This document shows positions 22,431-43,129 of a stretch of 64,000 bases of DNA, piece after piece. The translations under genes were made by a program, and so were the position numbers. The notes under the pieces were generated by a model that did no database searches, was not told the DNA's origin, and saw only the letters and a list, made by a program, of their open reading frames with translations. The first letter of the stretch is position 1; every line of letters starts with the position of its first letter. Origin of the DNA: the human T2T-CHM13v2.0 reference genome, Homo sapiens; assembly GCF_009914755.1 (NCBI RefSeq), contig NC_060943.1. The stretch is one strand, 5' to 3'.

Positions 22431-22849
22431 ATTGGCACTGGAGGAGGTACTCCTCGCCTTGGTTCCTGAGGGAAGTGCCATGCCTGTCAGGATGCTGGTG
22501 ATGAAGGTGAAGAAATCCAGCATGGACGGGTTGGAGCCGGTAAAGAGGATGGTGCTTATTAGGGCTATGCAAAGGCAGAAGCTGGTGATGCTGGAGAAGA
22601 GGAGGAAGGCCCAGGAAAGGTCCAGCAAGTCTGGGGAAGGAAGATAATCAGGAACACCATGATTGGCCCAGGCTCTGAGTATGGGGACAAGGGTCACCAG
22701 TTGGTGTGGGAGTATTCTCAAAGCTCCTCCCTTGCAAATTATTTATTCTCATTTTAGGAAAATTTAAATTGGGCTCCAGAGAAGAGACATTGAGACTGAT
22801 ACTTCCAGCACTGAGGATCTACCTCTAGGTTGGTGAGGGCAGCTTCTTG

Positions 22850-24120
22850 GGCAGTGAGAAGTGGGGTGGGCAGTGAGGAGCATTCCCAGAAGTGAGGACC
22901 ACTCTAGGGCTGTGAGGACAATCCTAGGGCAGTGATAACCCTCTGAGGCAGTGAGGACCGTCCCAGTCATTGAGGACCATCCGAGAGAGTGAGGACTATC
23001 CCAGGGAGTGACGACCATCCCAGGCAGTGAGGACCATCTCAGGCAGGGAGGACCATCCCAGGCAGGGAGGATCATCCCAGGCAGTGAGGACCATCTCAGG
23101 CAGGGAAGACCATCCCAGGCAGTGAGGACCATCCCAGGCAGTGAGGACCATCTCAGGCAGGGAGGACCATCTCAGGCAGGGAGGACCATCCCAGGGAGTG
23201 AGGACCATCCCAGTCAGTGAGGACCATCCCAGGGAGTGAGGACCATCCCAGGCAGTGAGGACCATCCCAGGGAGTGACGACCATCCCAGGCAGTGAGGAC
23301 CATCCCAGGCAGGGAGGACCATCCCAGGCAGGGAGGACCATCTCAGGCAGGGAGGACCATCCCAGGGAGTGAGGACCATCCCAGGCAGGGAGGACCATCT
23401 CAGGCAGGGAGGACCATCTCAGGCAGGGAGGACCATCTCAGGCAGGGAGGATCATCCCAGGCAGGGAGGATCATCCCAGGCAGGGAGGACCATCCCAGGC
23501 AGGGAGGATCATCTCAGGCAGGGAGGACCATCCCAGGCAGGGAGGACCATCCCAGGCAGGGAGGACCATCTCAGGCAGGGAGGACTATCTCAGGCAGGGA
23601 GGGCCGTCCCAGGCAGGGAGGGCCGTCCCAGGCAGGGAGGGCCGTCCCAGGCAGTGAGGACCATCTCAGGCAGGGAGGACCATCCCAGGCAGGGAGGACC
23701 ATCCCAGGGAGTGAGGACCATCCCAGGCAGGGAGGACCATCCCATGGAAGTAAGGGCCATCTCAGGCAATGAGGACCATCCCAGGGTGGTGAGGATAATT
23801 CTGGGGCAGTGAGGATTATTCCAGGGCAGTGAGGACCATCCTGGACCAGTGAGTACTATCCCAGGGCAGTGAGAATCATTCGAGAGCAGTGAGGAGTATC
23901 CCAGGGCAGTGAGGACTATCCCGGAGCAGTGAGGACCATTCTAGAGCTGTGAGGACTATCCCAGGGCAGTGAGGATTATCCTGGGGCAGTAGGGACTATC
24001 CTATGACAATGAGGACCATCCCAGTGCTGTGAGGACCATCCTGGGGCAGTAAGGACCATCTCAGTCAGTGAGGATCATTTCAGTCAGTGAGGATCATCCT
24101 GTGGCTGGGAGGACCACCCT
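22850..24120. repeat. 19-bp VNTR (consensus GGCAG(G/T)GAGGACCATCCCA)
   Basis: Dozens of tandem 19-mers, with a homogeneous core at ~23000-23745 and degenerate flanks. Confidence 0.95.
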
Positions 24121-24950
24121 GGGGCCGTGAGACTCATAAAATACCTGTGAAGATCATTGCAGGAAAGGAAGAAACCATTCTGTGACAGGTGGAGGGGTCC
24201 CTGGGATAAAGTGGAGCGATGGGTCCCAGGAGTGGTGAGGGCAGGGCAGGCCTTCCAAGCATCCTGGCTGTGCTCATGCAGGCAGGAGATGTCACAGCAC
24301 TGCTTCTCCTCCCCCAGAAGTCTAGCTCAGAACTTGGCCTCCGGCCTGGGCACTGCCTCATACCTGCCAGAATTGATCTCAATGGAGCTGCACAATGAGA
24401 GGTTTTGCATGTTGTCTAGAGGACTTTGGTTGAGTTCAGAGCTGAGCACACTTGCCTTCAGACTCTCCTGGGACTCCCAGGTAACTGATTCAATGCTTTT
24501 GATACTGGGCTCGGGGCCGTAGGTAAGTGATGGGAGCACATTGACAATGGCCCAGGCTTGGAAGTTGGGGGTTGGAACACTTAAATGGGCAGTCTCGGTT
24601 GTTGACAGGTAGTTTTGGTCATGATCTTTGTGCTGGGGATAATTGATGATTAGTCAGGGGGTGAGAGCCTTGGATACTGAAGCAGCGAGTTTGGAAAATT
24701 GGTGAAGCACCTCGCATACTGAAATCGTGGCTGTAGGTAATGGCTGGTGTTTCTGGGATACTGATCTGTTGACTGCTGATAGCTGGTGTAGGGTCTTGGA
24801 TACTGACCTGGTGATTGTGAATAATTGGCAAGGGGTCTTGGATACTGACCAGGCGATTGCTGCTGGCTGGTGGAGGCTGTTGGATACTGACCCCGTGACT
24901 GTTCCTGGCTGGTGGAGGGTCTTGGATACTGACCCGGGAATTGTAGGTAA

Positions 24951-26049
<1,099 letters not shown>

Positions 26050-27464
26050 TGAACTAGCTTGAGTGAACTAGTTGTATTAGCTTGAGTGAACTAACTTGAA
26101 CTAGCTAGGGGATCCTTTATGGGATCACCTGAGTGAAAAATGGTAATGGTAGGAATGCCTTCAGGCATGGGTGGATCCAGGGGCCCAAGTGATAGTATCA
26201 GATATTACTGTTTTTTGGCTATGGGATTGGCTTCATTCTCAAGGCTCTGTGTAGTGGCAAGTCAGAATCCAGTAAGGAAAATAAATCATTCCAGATTCTT
26301 CAGAAGGAAGTAAATACAGGGAATTTGTTCGTGAGTAACAGAGGAGCTGAGAAGCCAATAGGAAATAGTGAGGCAAACCAGGAGTTAGGAACTACAGGAT
26401 GCTGCTACTTGGCCAGAAGGACAAAGGGAGGAGGTGGTATTACTACAGTCCAGAAACTGCAGCCCTCTGGAAGGCATAGGTTCATGGTTGGATTGCTCAG
26501 AAGTGGCTAGAATCAGAGAATAGATACAACTACTACGGAAGACCCACCACATGCAGAGATAGAGAGGCTAATAAATACCCTGGCTTGCCCTCTCCTCCCA
26601 GAACCAGTCTTCTGCCAGTGCCTCCCATTAGTCAAACACAGTGATAAGATGGTGAGCAAAGGAGGCTGGGAAATGTGGTCCTTGCAGTGCAGAACAGGAC
26701 AGGGCGGGAAATGGATCTGAGAGCAGACAGACAAAAAACTGGCAGAGTTGTTAGCAACTTGGCAGAGTTGGTAATAACTGCCGAGTCCGGTAGAAAAAAG
26801 TTATCAACAGTTCTTGCAAGAATCCTGTGTGGCTTGGGGCACATGAGCACCCCGAGCCAATTATATGGCCAGTGGAGTACAGTTGGCTGATTGGCTTATG
26901 ACTGGGGCTGAGAATGGGGAATGGGCAGGAGGTGAAATGCATGGTGGGGAGGTAAGCTGCAAATATCCACTCATTCTGACCAAATCACAGAGTGGGCTGC
27001 TCTCTGGGATGACGAGAGCCAGGGACTTCAGTGTCAGCTCAATGCTCTTTCGCTTGTCTGTTTTCCTTCTTAGTTTTACTCTCCCCATGAAGCTAGGTCC
27101 AAGGCTTAGGCAGCTTCAGGCTTGTAATCCTTGAGGAGAGACTGCTTTTCCTTGACAGCTTCCTAATAAAAAGTCTTGGGGCAGAGCTTGATTGGTTGGG
27201 CTTTGGTCATGTGTCCATCTTTGGGCCAATTGCAGGGTCTGCAGCTAGGGTACTGTGATTGGCTCAGCCAGAATCACATGATTACCTCTGTGGCCCAGAG
27301 GCCAGCATATGCCAGGAGAATCCCTCATCCAGGGTTATGTGAGTTGGGTGGAGGGTGTCCCCAAGAGATGTCAGGCTGCTGTTCTGGGCAGACCAAATTC
27401 ACCATTCAAGGTCTTGGTTTCTGGCTTGGTGCCTTCTCCCTGACCTCTGCTTCTTGACTCTTCA

Positions 27465-27602
<138 letters not shown>

Positions 27603-28976
27603 CTATGAACAAAACAAAACAAAAACAAAAAACCAAGGGGTCTGATATTTCCCCCACTTCCCAGAGTGCTGTTGCTCTTCTGTATATATGATGATCCTTT
27701 ATCTTTCTTGTTGGGTATTAGAGATGTGCAGTTTGCCAGAAACAAAGCAGATGAGGTCTTGGCCTATTTGGCTAAAACAATTTTGCACTGTTGAAAAGTA
27801 GACAAAGTAGAAAAAGGGCTAAAAGGAGGAGATGTAGCATCTCGGAAACAGGTAAACCTCTCTTCTGCTGGAAGTCTAAGTTGGATAAATATCCACTGTA
27901 AACTGGAACTAAGCTTTTGGGCACATTGGTTTTAGAGTATTTGACTTGAAAGTTTTTCTTGTGTGCAAATCTGTATGTGTTTTGTGGGGGCTCTCAGGTG
28001 TGAACAAGAGATGACATTAGGATGTCTGAGGAGATTCTCGGCATGTGAATGGGGCCACTAGGGGACCTTGGGGGGTGACTAGCAGAGACTAGAGCAGAAG
28101 TAGGGTGACTTTGGAGAGGACTGGGGTGACCGTGGTGTCTTGGATAACTTTGAGGGTGCTGTTGAGGGTGTCTGGGAGTGAAACTGAGGATACTAACATG
28201 AGTTGTTATGAGACACCTTTTAGGAGTTCAAGTAGGGTGACCAGGGGTGTCTGTGGGGGTGATTCTAGAAATGATCGAGGCTGGGCTCAGTGGCTCACGC
28301 TTGTAATCCCAGCACTTTGGGAAGCCGATCACCTGAGGTCAGGAGTTTGAGACCAGCCTGGCCAACATGGTGAAACCATGTCTCTACTAAAAATACAAAA
28401 ATTAGGCTGGCGTGGCAGCAGCTGCGTGTAGTATCAGCTAATCGGGAGGCTGAGGCAGGAGAATTGCTTGAGCCCAAAGGCAGAGGTTGGAGTGAGCCGA
28501 GATCACACCACTGCACTCCAGCCTGGGCAACAGAGCAAGACTCCATCTTAAAAAAAAAAAAAAAAAAAAAAGAAGAAGAAAGAAAGAAATGATTGAGGTG
28601 ATTCTGTGGGGTAACCTTGAGGATGAGTGGGATGACCTTTGGGGGGTCCTCTGTGGGGTGACCTTGGGGGGTGTGTGGGATTATGAGAGTGTCTGAGAAT
28701 TGAGTTTTAGGTTAAGTAGGGGTGATTTGGGACAACTCTAAGGGTGTGACTGGGGGATGACTTTAGGGGTCCCTGGGGGTGACCTTGTGAGATTGGAGTT
28801 TCTTTGGGGTTTCTAGGAGGTGACTTTGGGGAGGTGAGTAGGGGTGATTTTGAGGATGTGCCAGACTTTGGGGTTGTCTGTTGGGCTGCTTGTGGGTATC
28901 AGCAGAGATGACTTTGGAGGGTGACCAAGAGGGGTATCTGGGGGTGACTCTGGGGCCCCTGTCCCCCTCTCCCCAG

Positions 28977-29358
28977 TTCTCATCCATATGAGCAAGGGCT
29001 TCATGTTACTGGCCGTGGCCCTGTGCTGAGTCCTCCTCCCGCCCATGGCCCTCTCCTCCTGGCCAGTGGTCCTCCGCCTGAACATGGCCGACTTTGTCTT
29101 CAGTTTCCTCTGCCTCGGCATTGGTAGGTGTTGGCTTGGGGGGTGGGGGCCCTCCCTAACCCCAGCCCTGCTCTCTGGCTTTCTGGAGGTGTATCTAGAC
29201 TTCCGTGCTGCTCCCCTCGGGGCCTCTGTCTTAGCATGTCTCTGGGGAGCTCTGACTCAGTTCTACTCTATCTGTGGGATGTCTCTCTCTCCCCCACTCT
29301 CTGTTTCCCTTTCTTTTTTTGTCCCCTCTCTCCAGGTATCTTTCTGTCTGTTGTGAGG

Positions 29359-29399
<41 letters not shown>

Positions 29400-29770
29400 T
29401 GCTTGTCACGGAGGGTGGGAGAGAATGTCTCAGTCCCTCTTTTCTTACTGGGGGTCATAGGGCTCACTGTCCAGCCTTCTGTCTGTCTCTGGCCCCACCC
29501 CATTGCAGGGCTCCTGATTTCTCTTCAGCCTGACGCTCTTTTCAGTTAACGGCAAGGCGGTGCACCCAAGTCCGGTGGTGTCCTACCTGGTGACCTCCTA
29601 CTTGTGCTGGGACGCCAGCGACTTGATGCTGCACTCCGGTGAGGGCGGGGCCTCGGGAGGAGGGCGGGGCCTCGGGAAGCGGGTGGGGCCTAGGGTGGGA
29701 CTCGGAGTACAGCGGCCCACCTAGCCATCTCCCAGGAGCCGTGTCCTACCTAAGCCCAGTGGGCATGTGA
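28977..29770 (+). pseudogene. Second decayed TMEM202/claudin-like gene (overlaps the lncRNA I recall as LINC01869)
   Basis: Phase-1 exons 28977-29123 (147 nt, in-frame TGA at 29027-29029), 29509-29638 (130 nt, frameshifted) and 29736-29770. Encodes ...DFVFSFLCLGIG..SYLCWDASDLMLHSGAVSYL. Confidence 0.65.
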
Positions 29771-30525
29771 AGCAGAGGGCAGCCCTTGAATGCGCGGCGG
29801 CTGAGCTACCGCGGGTGGGCCGTGCAGCAGGGCGCAGCGAGGCGGACATCCAAACAGCGGAACTCAGACGCTGACTCCGAGCGCACCCCGGGCCTTCCCA
29901 TTTCATACACCCTCGAGGATGAGACCCAAGCACCTCCAAGGAATAGCACCCGAGGTCTTCAGGACACCGACCGGTAGCCATGGCCAGATGCCCGGCCAAC
30001 CCCTTCAGCGTGGCCACGCCCTGGATATTCGACCTCCCCTGAGGCCCCACCCCCTGATATCAGGCCACGCCCTCCGAGGGGACCGGTGGCAAACTCCAGC
30101 CCTCGCTCTAGGGCCCGCCCTTTGCGGCTTTGTCCCTGCCCACTGGGTCCTCACAGTGCCTCCACCCCAGAGGCCCAGCATCCCCTCCCGTTCTGCAGAC
30201 ACTTGTCCAGCGTCCCGCTGAGCTCGGCAGTGTGGCTAGTTTGTGTGGCCCTGCCCCTGGTGCCCAGCCTTCGCAGGCCACACCCTGAAGCCACTCTCCA
30301 CCCGCTCAGCCAGGGTGGTCTGCATGGAACTTCTTTCCCGGAGTTCCAGCCTCAGCTCCGATGTCCACCCTTGTCCCCAGGTGGACACAGCACCGCCCAG
30401 CATTTGGTGCAACTCCACCCTTCTGCAGAACGGGCCCCTCCCTGGGAAGGCATGGCTTGCAATAACATCCCTCTGTACCTTTTCTGGCTTCCCCGCCACA
30501 ATAAAACCTCTCAGCCTCAGACCTT
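29300..30525 (+). ncRNA. Probable lncRNA (LINC01869/MGC45922 by position) with CpG island
   Basis: CpG-rich at 29550-30220, GC boxes at 29643-29692, AATAAA at 30500-30505. The name comes from recalled gene order only and the boundaries are approximate. Confidence 0.45.
29360..29398. repeat. (GT)n microsatellite
   Basis: Direct observation. Confidence 0.95.
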
Positions 30526-30836
30526 CCATTGCCCCCCACCTCCCCACCAGGGCAGGGTCCATCCTAGTGTGAGTGAACTGTTCTGGCGTCCCTGACTCGC
30601 CCTTTGGGATCTGAGCCTTTCCCTGCCTGTTTGTCTGCACCTGTCACAGCCCCTTCCTTTCCCCACCTGCTGGTGACCTCAGACTTCCAGGCATGAGACT
30701 GACACAGCTGGGGTGGCCCCAGCCTCAGCCGAGTGGGTCCAGGTGCACCACATCTGGAAAGATAGGTGATGGCAGAACGTGACACACATTGGATGCACAT
30801 TTGATTTTACTGGGGGTAGGGGACAGGGCTGGGCGT

Positions 30837-33800
30837 TCAGGAGTTCTCCGCTATGGTGTCCTCGATCCACTTCACATAAGACAGCACTCTGACGGCGACA
30901 GAAGGCTTATTGGGGGTGCCACAAGGGACGTAGCCCCATGATGTGACACCTTGGAGCACACCATCACACATCAGCGGGCCCCCTGAATCACCCTGGGAGC
31001 ACAAGGTGGGAGGGGAGAGTGAGAAAGGTCTACGGGGCCCAAGTTCTGCCTGGGGAGCCCCAGCTCGCAGACAGGGCCTCCAGTGCCCACTCCCAGAGGA
31101 AGGTGGGCAGGGATTCCCACAGAGGGGACAGGGTCTCCAGTCCTGGCCAAGGGGGAAGGGACCTCAGGGTCCAGCTACCGCACATGGGGCAGGGTCCAGG
31201 AGGACAGTGCCTGCAGACAGGTCAGGGGGAGGAGGGGCAGGACCATCTGCAGGACGCTGCCCCTGTGGGCACATCGCAGAGGCCACCTCTCCAGGACTAC
31301 TCTCTGACTCGACGGTAACAACACATTACCACGAGGAACGGTGAACTCTGGTGTGGGGGGTGAGATGCAGTTGTCCCTGGATGGGCGGGGGAAGGAGGGG
31401 GAGCTGGGGCACTGATGGGGCGAGTGGCTACAGCTAGCTGGGAAGCAGTGAAGCAGATGCCTGGTTAGCTCTCAGAAGCCAGTTCAGAGGCTGAGTCCCC
31501 TCCCTCAGCCCTTCCAGACCCTGGGGGCAGGGCTGCCTCACCACACAGGTGTCTTTGCCACCTTCCAGGTGTCCGACACACAGCATGAAGTCTGTCACCT
31601 TCTGGACGTGGGCTTTTTCGCACTCATCATTAGGCAGGATTTTGAGGTCCACACACTGGAGATCATCTGGAAATGAGACTACGAACCCGGGAGAAAAAGG
31701 GCTGCAGCCCGACCTCACCTGCTTCCCTGGCCCTTTCTCCCTTGGACGCAGGAGTCCCCATCCCCGCCTTGGGCTACACAGTCTGCCCCCACATACAATT
31801 CTCTGGTTCGATGCTGCCCCAGCCGGAAGCCAAACAGGTGCTCCCCACTTCGGGTTCCTGGGTGGGCAACTCCACGACCTTCACAGCGTCTGTGATGGTA
31901 TCAGCAGGCTCTGTCAGGCGGAGCAGCATGAGGTCGTGGCTGTAGTCCTCGTCTGCTTGGCGGGTGTGGTTCTCCAGGAGGCTCATGTTGAAGCCAGGGT
32001 GTGGGAAGCTCTCACTGACATGAACAAACTGGGCTGTGTTTTCGTCGTCAAACAAGTTGTGGCGACCCAGCCAGAGCTGGTAATTGCTGGGGAAAGATGG
32101 GAATGGAGGGATGAGAAGACGGGAAGGGGAAAAGGGGATGGGGCAGGGGAGCATGGGGGAGGGTCCCCAAAGAGAGAAAGGGAAAGAGAAAAATGTGGGT
32201 GGGCGGAGACAGAGGAAGAAAGATATAGTTATGGAGAAATACAGACAGCGAATGGGAAGATGAAAGAGTTTGAGAGTGCAAAAGGCAAATGAAGAGACAG
32301 AGCAAAAAAGAGCTCAAAAGGACAGAGGGGTGAGAAAGGCGGAGGGGAGGGCAGTGAGAAACAGGGTGAGCAAAAAAGAGGCAGATGAGAAGGATAAAAG
32401 ACAGGGACAGCGAGAAACAGGCCCAGGGAAGAGGGAGGAAGAGGGAACAGAACACGGAAGGGAGCGAGAAGCAGACAAATGAAAAAGGACGCGGGACGTC
32501 AGAGTGAGAACTAGAAACAGAGGCAGAGAGGAAGCAGGAGTGACCGAGTGTGGGAGAGAAAAGGGAGGGAGGCCCTGGGGGAGGGTGGGGGCAGGTGGGG
32601 AGGGTGGGGGCAGGTAGGGAGGAGGGGAGGCCTGAGAGCGGCTCAGCTGCAGCTGGGGCTGTGGTGCGGGCTCCCCAGGGGCAGGTGGCCTGGCCTGAAG
32701 TCCAAGGTCGAGGCCCCCTTCCCTTCCCAGCACCCTCCCGCGCGTTTCTCGCCCCGCCTCCTCCTTCCTCCTCCCTCAGTTGCCCCACCCAGCTCCCGCT
32801 GAAACCAGCCCTTCCCTGTGTCTCTCCAGAGTGGAGGGATATCCTGTGGGGCGGGGAGCTGGACAGAGGGAGAGGCGCCCCCTCCCAGGCACACAAGTTG
32901 GGGATAAAGCCCTTCCTTTACTCTGGGGCCTCCCTTAGGTCCATCTGGGTGTGTGTTTAGTAGGGATGAGGGAGCGGTGAGGTAGAGACCCAGAGAGAGA
33001 GAGATGGGTAGAGAGATGGAGGGTGAGACACAGTGACAGAGATGCCGCAGAGAGACTCAGAGACAGACAGAGACAGGGGAGATGCAGAGACAAGGAGACA
33101 GAGGAGAGAGAGGAAGACAGAGACCAGAACACAGTCACACAGAGACACAAGCAGAACCAGATCCCAAGAGACCCAGGCAGCCTTGGAGAGGGGTGTCCAG
33201 CCCAGCTCTGCCCTGCCAGGCGACCTGCGCCAGAGCCTTCCTCTCTGCCTCAGCCCCCCAGTCTTGCCTGAGGTTATCCAAGGGGAATGCCACTGGCCTG
33301 TCAATCCTGTGGCAGCATAGATGCCCTCCTCCCAGACCCCAGGCCCCTACTCACTCGCTGATGCAATGAGCAGCTGTGAGCACCCACTGGCGGTGCACCA
33401 GGATGCCCCCACACTGGAAAGTGCTGAAATGGTACAGAGCCGCCTGCCAGGGCTGGGAATGCTGCTCACACTCCCAGCCTCCCACAATCCGGGACTGAAT
33501 CGGGGGCGCAGCACCTGCAGAGGCGGTGCTGGGTCAGGAAGGGCAGGGTTGGCAGGAGAGGCCAGGGACAAGGCTAGGAGAGGGAGCTGGGCTGTGGGTC
33601 TGAAGGGACATTGCGGGTAGAGGACCAGGGCTGGAGGTTGGGGACATGGGCAAGGGGTGTTGGGAAGGGGTGGGACTCTGGACTGTTCCCTGGGCTTTTG
33701 GAGTGGTGGCTGGACCTGGTGGGGAGATTTTGTGCTCTGACAGTAGAGCAGCCTCCAGGGATCAGGGTAGGAGACAGGAGACAGTGTCTGGAGCAGACAC

Positions 33801-35392
33801 TGCATCTGGGCGTCAGGTCATTTGGGGTCTGGGGCTGGGGGATGGGAGGTGGTGGGTTAGGGGAGTGGAAAGGGATTCTGGAAACCAGGGATCAAGGCGC
33901 CAAGGGTGGGACAGGATCAGAGGCTCACTGAGGAAGAATCTGGAGGGCTAAGGGGCTCCTAGGCTAGGGAAACAGGACCTGGGTTGGGCTTTTGAGGTTC
34001 AGGAAAGGATGCAGCTTTAGGGAACCAGGTCTGAGAGGTAAAGAAGAGCATCTGGACTGAAGAGTTTGGGGGTGACTTGGGGTCCCTACATTGGGGTTGG
34101 AAGGGGCCAGCTTGGCTGGGACAGTTAGATTTCAGGGCTTCCTGGTTAAAGGGTAAAAGAAAGGGCTATGGTTAAGGCTAGAGGTGGGCTTCCGAGAGGT
34201 TTTGGGGTCCTTCCTGTGAACCAGGAATGGCAATCTGAGGGGAGGTTGGGGCCCTGAGAACACAGTTGCGGTCAGGACTGGGACGGGGCTCAGGAGGAGG
34301 GAGGCGTTGAGTGGCAGTCCTTCTCGGACAGGGTGAAGGATGGGATCTTCGTTTCTCATGGGGATGGGGTTCATGGTCTGAGGGTACTGGAAGGATATGG
34401 GGTCCTCTTGGAGGCAATCCTAGGAAGAGGATTGGAGAAGTGGTGAGAACAGGCGCCAAGCAGCTGTGGGAATGCAATGCAGGACCCACTTGATGTGAGG
34501 TTGTAGAATCACATACTGACTTGGGGGAGGCCAGGGCAGAAGCGCTGGCTGAGAAGGCATTCAGGATCCTTGGGGTGGGGTTCCAGAAAACCAGAGCTGT
34601 GTAGGAACAATTCAGGCAGAGAAGGGCTGGGGCCTGGGGCGGGATGGAACTTCCCCAAGGAAAGGAGCATGTGGTGGGAGGGTGTGGTGTTTTTCCTGGG
34701 AGAGCTGGGGGTGCTGGGTGGGAAGGGACATTTGCAGACCCCCCCACATACCAGATGGGGGATCCCACATGCCAGTTTGGGAAGCAGGGTTTTCTGGTGA
34801 AATTTGGGGGACCCTGGAAGGACTGGGGAGACCAGATGTCAGGGTCTGGAGGACACAGTTGAGAGCGGACAGCTGGATGGAAAAAGTCACTGGAGTGTGG
34901 TGGGATTTGTAGACTCAGGAGCCAAATAGGTGGCCGCAGGGAACTAGGGGGCAGGAGGGGATGATCAGAGTCCTGTGGGGTGGGGGAAGCCCATGGGAGG
35001 GTTGGGGTCCTCCAGAGAGAGACAGAGATGGCCCAGAATCTGCCCCTTTGGTAAAGCGGTGGGACAGGGCGTTGGCTAGGGAAGAGGAGAAAGTACTGAG
35101 GCTTCCTGGGAGGAGCAGGAATCTGGTGTGGGAGTGAGCACTATGACAACATGGAGGAGCGGGGGTGGAAGTTTAGGGTGGGGCCGCGCAAGATAGATAA
35201 GAGCCGGGGCACCCCGGACTAGGATAGACTGTGGGCCAGAGGGATGAGGGTGGGGTGTTGGAGGGGAAGGTCTTATCGGGGGGGGATGTGAGGCCAGCAA
35301 GAGAATCAGGGCCCGTTCCCCCTCCCACATCCCCCCACTGTCTCACCAGTCCCCCCCAGGGACAGGGCGAGGCACAGAACCAGGAACCACAT
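30837..35392 (-). CDS. KLK1: Kallikrein-1 (tissue kallikrein), 262 aa, 5 exons
   Basis: Exons 35392-35347, 33514-33355, 32086-31797, 31678-31542, 30992-30837 (789 nt). Contains [47 protein letters not shown] polyA signal at 30811-30806. Confidence 0.98.
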
Positions 35393-35439
35393 GGTGACAG
35401 AGGTGTCCAGGGGCCAGCAGGTGGAGGAACTGGGGAACC

Positions 35440-35570
35440 TCCCTGGGGAGGCTTTTAAAAGCCCTTATCCCCTCAGAGCCCCACCCCTGCCCTGCTGGCA
35501 CCCAGATGTTGGCCAAGGCCCTTCCCCTGTTGCCTGGGGGCTGGACAATTGCCCCCCCCCCTCCGATCCC
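35440..35570 (-). promoter_or_regulatory. KLK1 proximal promoter: TTTAAA TATA variant and poly-G tract
   Basis: TTTTAAAA at 35453-35460, GATA site (cttatc, 35464-35469), C10 run at 35552-35561 (poly-G on the sense strand, recalled as multi-allelic). Confidence 0.75.
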
Positions 35571-36531
35571 CAGAGCTGTAGACGGGGAGGGAGAACCAGC
35601 ACCTGTTCTGCAGGCCCTGGATCACGCTGGACGCATTCCTGGGGTTGAAGCCAGGTGGGGCAGGGCCTGTGGCTCTGGGGCTTTGCTCTGGGGAGCAGCC
35701 AGTGAGGCAAGGGGGGACTGAGGGGAAGCAGAAACAGGAAGACGGAGGAATCAGTGACCCCTGGTACAAAGCCCCATATACCTCAGTCTCAATTAAGGCC
35801 CTGCACCCCCAGACCTGGTGCCCTCAAACACCAGCAGTTAGGGCTCTGATTCCCTGCACCACTCGGAGCCAAGATACTAGCATCTCAGCTGCCAGTTCCC
35901 CCTGAAATATAAGCCTTGGCCTTCAGAATGCCCTGGTTCTTGCACTCCCAGACCCAGGACCTAGGTCCCCAAAGCTACTGTTCCTTTCATAATAAAATTT
36001 TGGGGTACACATCACCACATTCCTAGTGCCTCCAGATCCAGGAATGTGAAGTTTCAGGGGTCTCCCAGGGTAAGTTCTTTAGCATTACAAAATCCAGTGT
36101 CCCTCCCAAACAATGCTGGGGTCTCAATGAGCCTCCCACTTCTTGCTCCCAGTTATGGGTGCTCAACGTCCTGTCCTCCAAAGTCCCAGAGATCTGGACA
36201 ACCTTCCCTCCCAGGTCAAGATCAGGCTAACCACAGATTCCAATGACCCTTCCCCCCCACCACCAGTACAATATTTAGGTCTCACGAGCCAGGTTCATGT
36301 ACTTCAACATTCAGCGACCTTGAACATCACATTTTGTGGTCTCTGAAGATAATTAGGAACTAGATTCCTGCAGCCTCAATGGTAAACCCATAGGCTTCCA
36401 ACAGGTTGTCTTGGCTTTTTGGTAAAATCAAAGCAGCTCAGAGTTCCAGCCTCTGCTGTATATCAGGGACCTGGCTAAGAAAAGGACAGTATTTGCCTTT
36501 TTGCCATGGCTACCAGGAAGCCCAGAACTAA

Positions 36532-36847
<316 letters not shown>

Positions 36848-37430
36848 TAAAGAAAAAGCCATTCTTGGTAATCTAGTGTCTGTTAGGTCCTTTAACTGGG
36901 ATCCAGAGATAGAGGGTATTTACTCAGTGCCAGACACGATTTTAATCAGTTCAGACGAATCATCTCATTTAATCCTCACAACAGCCCTTTGAAGTCAGCA
37001 ATAAGATGGTCTCATTTTACAGATAAGGAAACCAAGGCGAAGTGAGATTGGGCCTCTTGTTCAAGATCACACGGGTGGTCATGTGTGTTGAATGAATGGA
37101 GCCCTGCTTCAAGCTGCTTCTCCTCACCTAGGGATCGGGGTGGTGGGTGAAAAGGAACAGTGTACAGTGTCTCGGGGTTTCTCTTTGACCCCAGAAAAAA
37201 GTCACAGAAATTCCTACAGAGCAACTTGGATCAGCGCTTTGTTATCTTGGCATTAAACAGGTGACCTTGAGCGCCAGCTTTGTCCTCAGGTGGGACAAGT
37301 CCTTGGCTAACATCTGGGCCTTGGACAGGGTCTTGGGGGATGGCTCCGTTCTGTTCCATGTCAGGCGGGGCTGCTGGCCAGCTGTGGGGGCTTCTGCTCA
37401 GTCAGGGGCACAGGAGATAGGCTAGAATAG

Positions 37431-43129
<5,699 letters not shown>

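Noticed and set aside
22764-23812. Repetitive ORFs (WDGPPCLRWSSLPGMVL / GREDHPRQGG) and a CRISPR-like appearance
   Set aside because: These are translations of a 19-bp VNTR. The units are contiguous with no unique spacers, and the sequence is human.
27650-27855. Possible first (TM1) exon of the plus-strand tetraspan pseudogene, ending at CAG|GTAAAC
   Set aside because: No convincing TM1 or GLW motif in any frame I could read.
31549-32896. 247-aa (+) and 282-aa (-) ORFs inside KLK1
   Set aside because: An antisense shadow of KLK1 exons and a purine/pyrimidine-skewed intron that has few stop codons.
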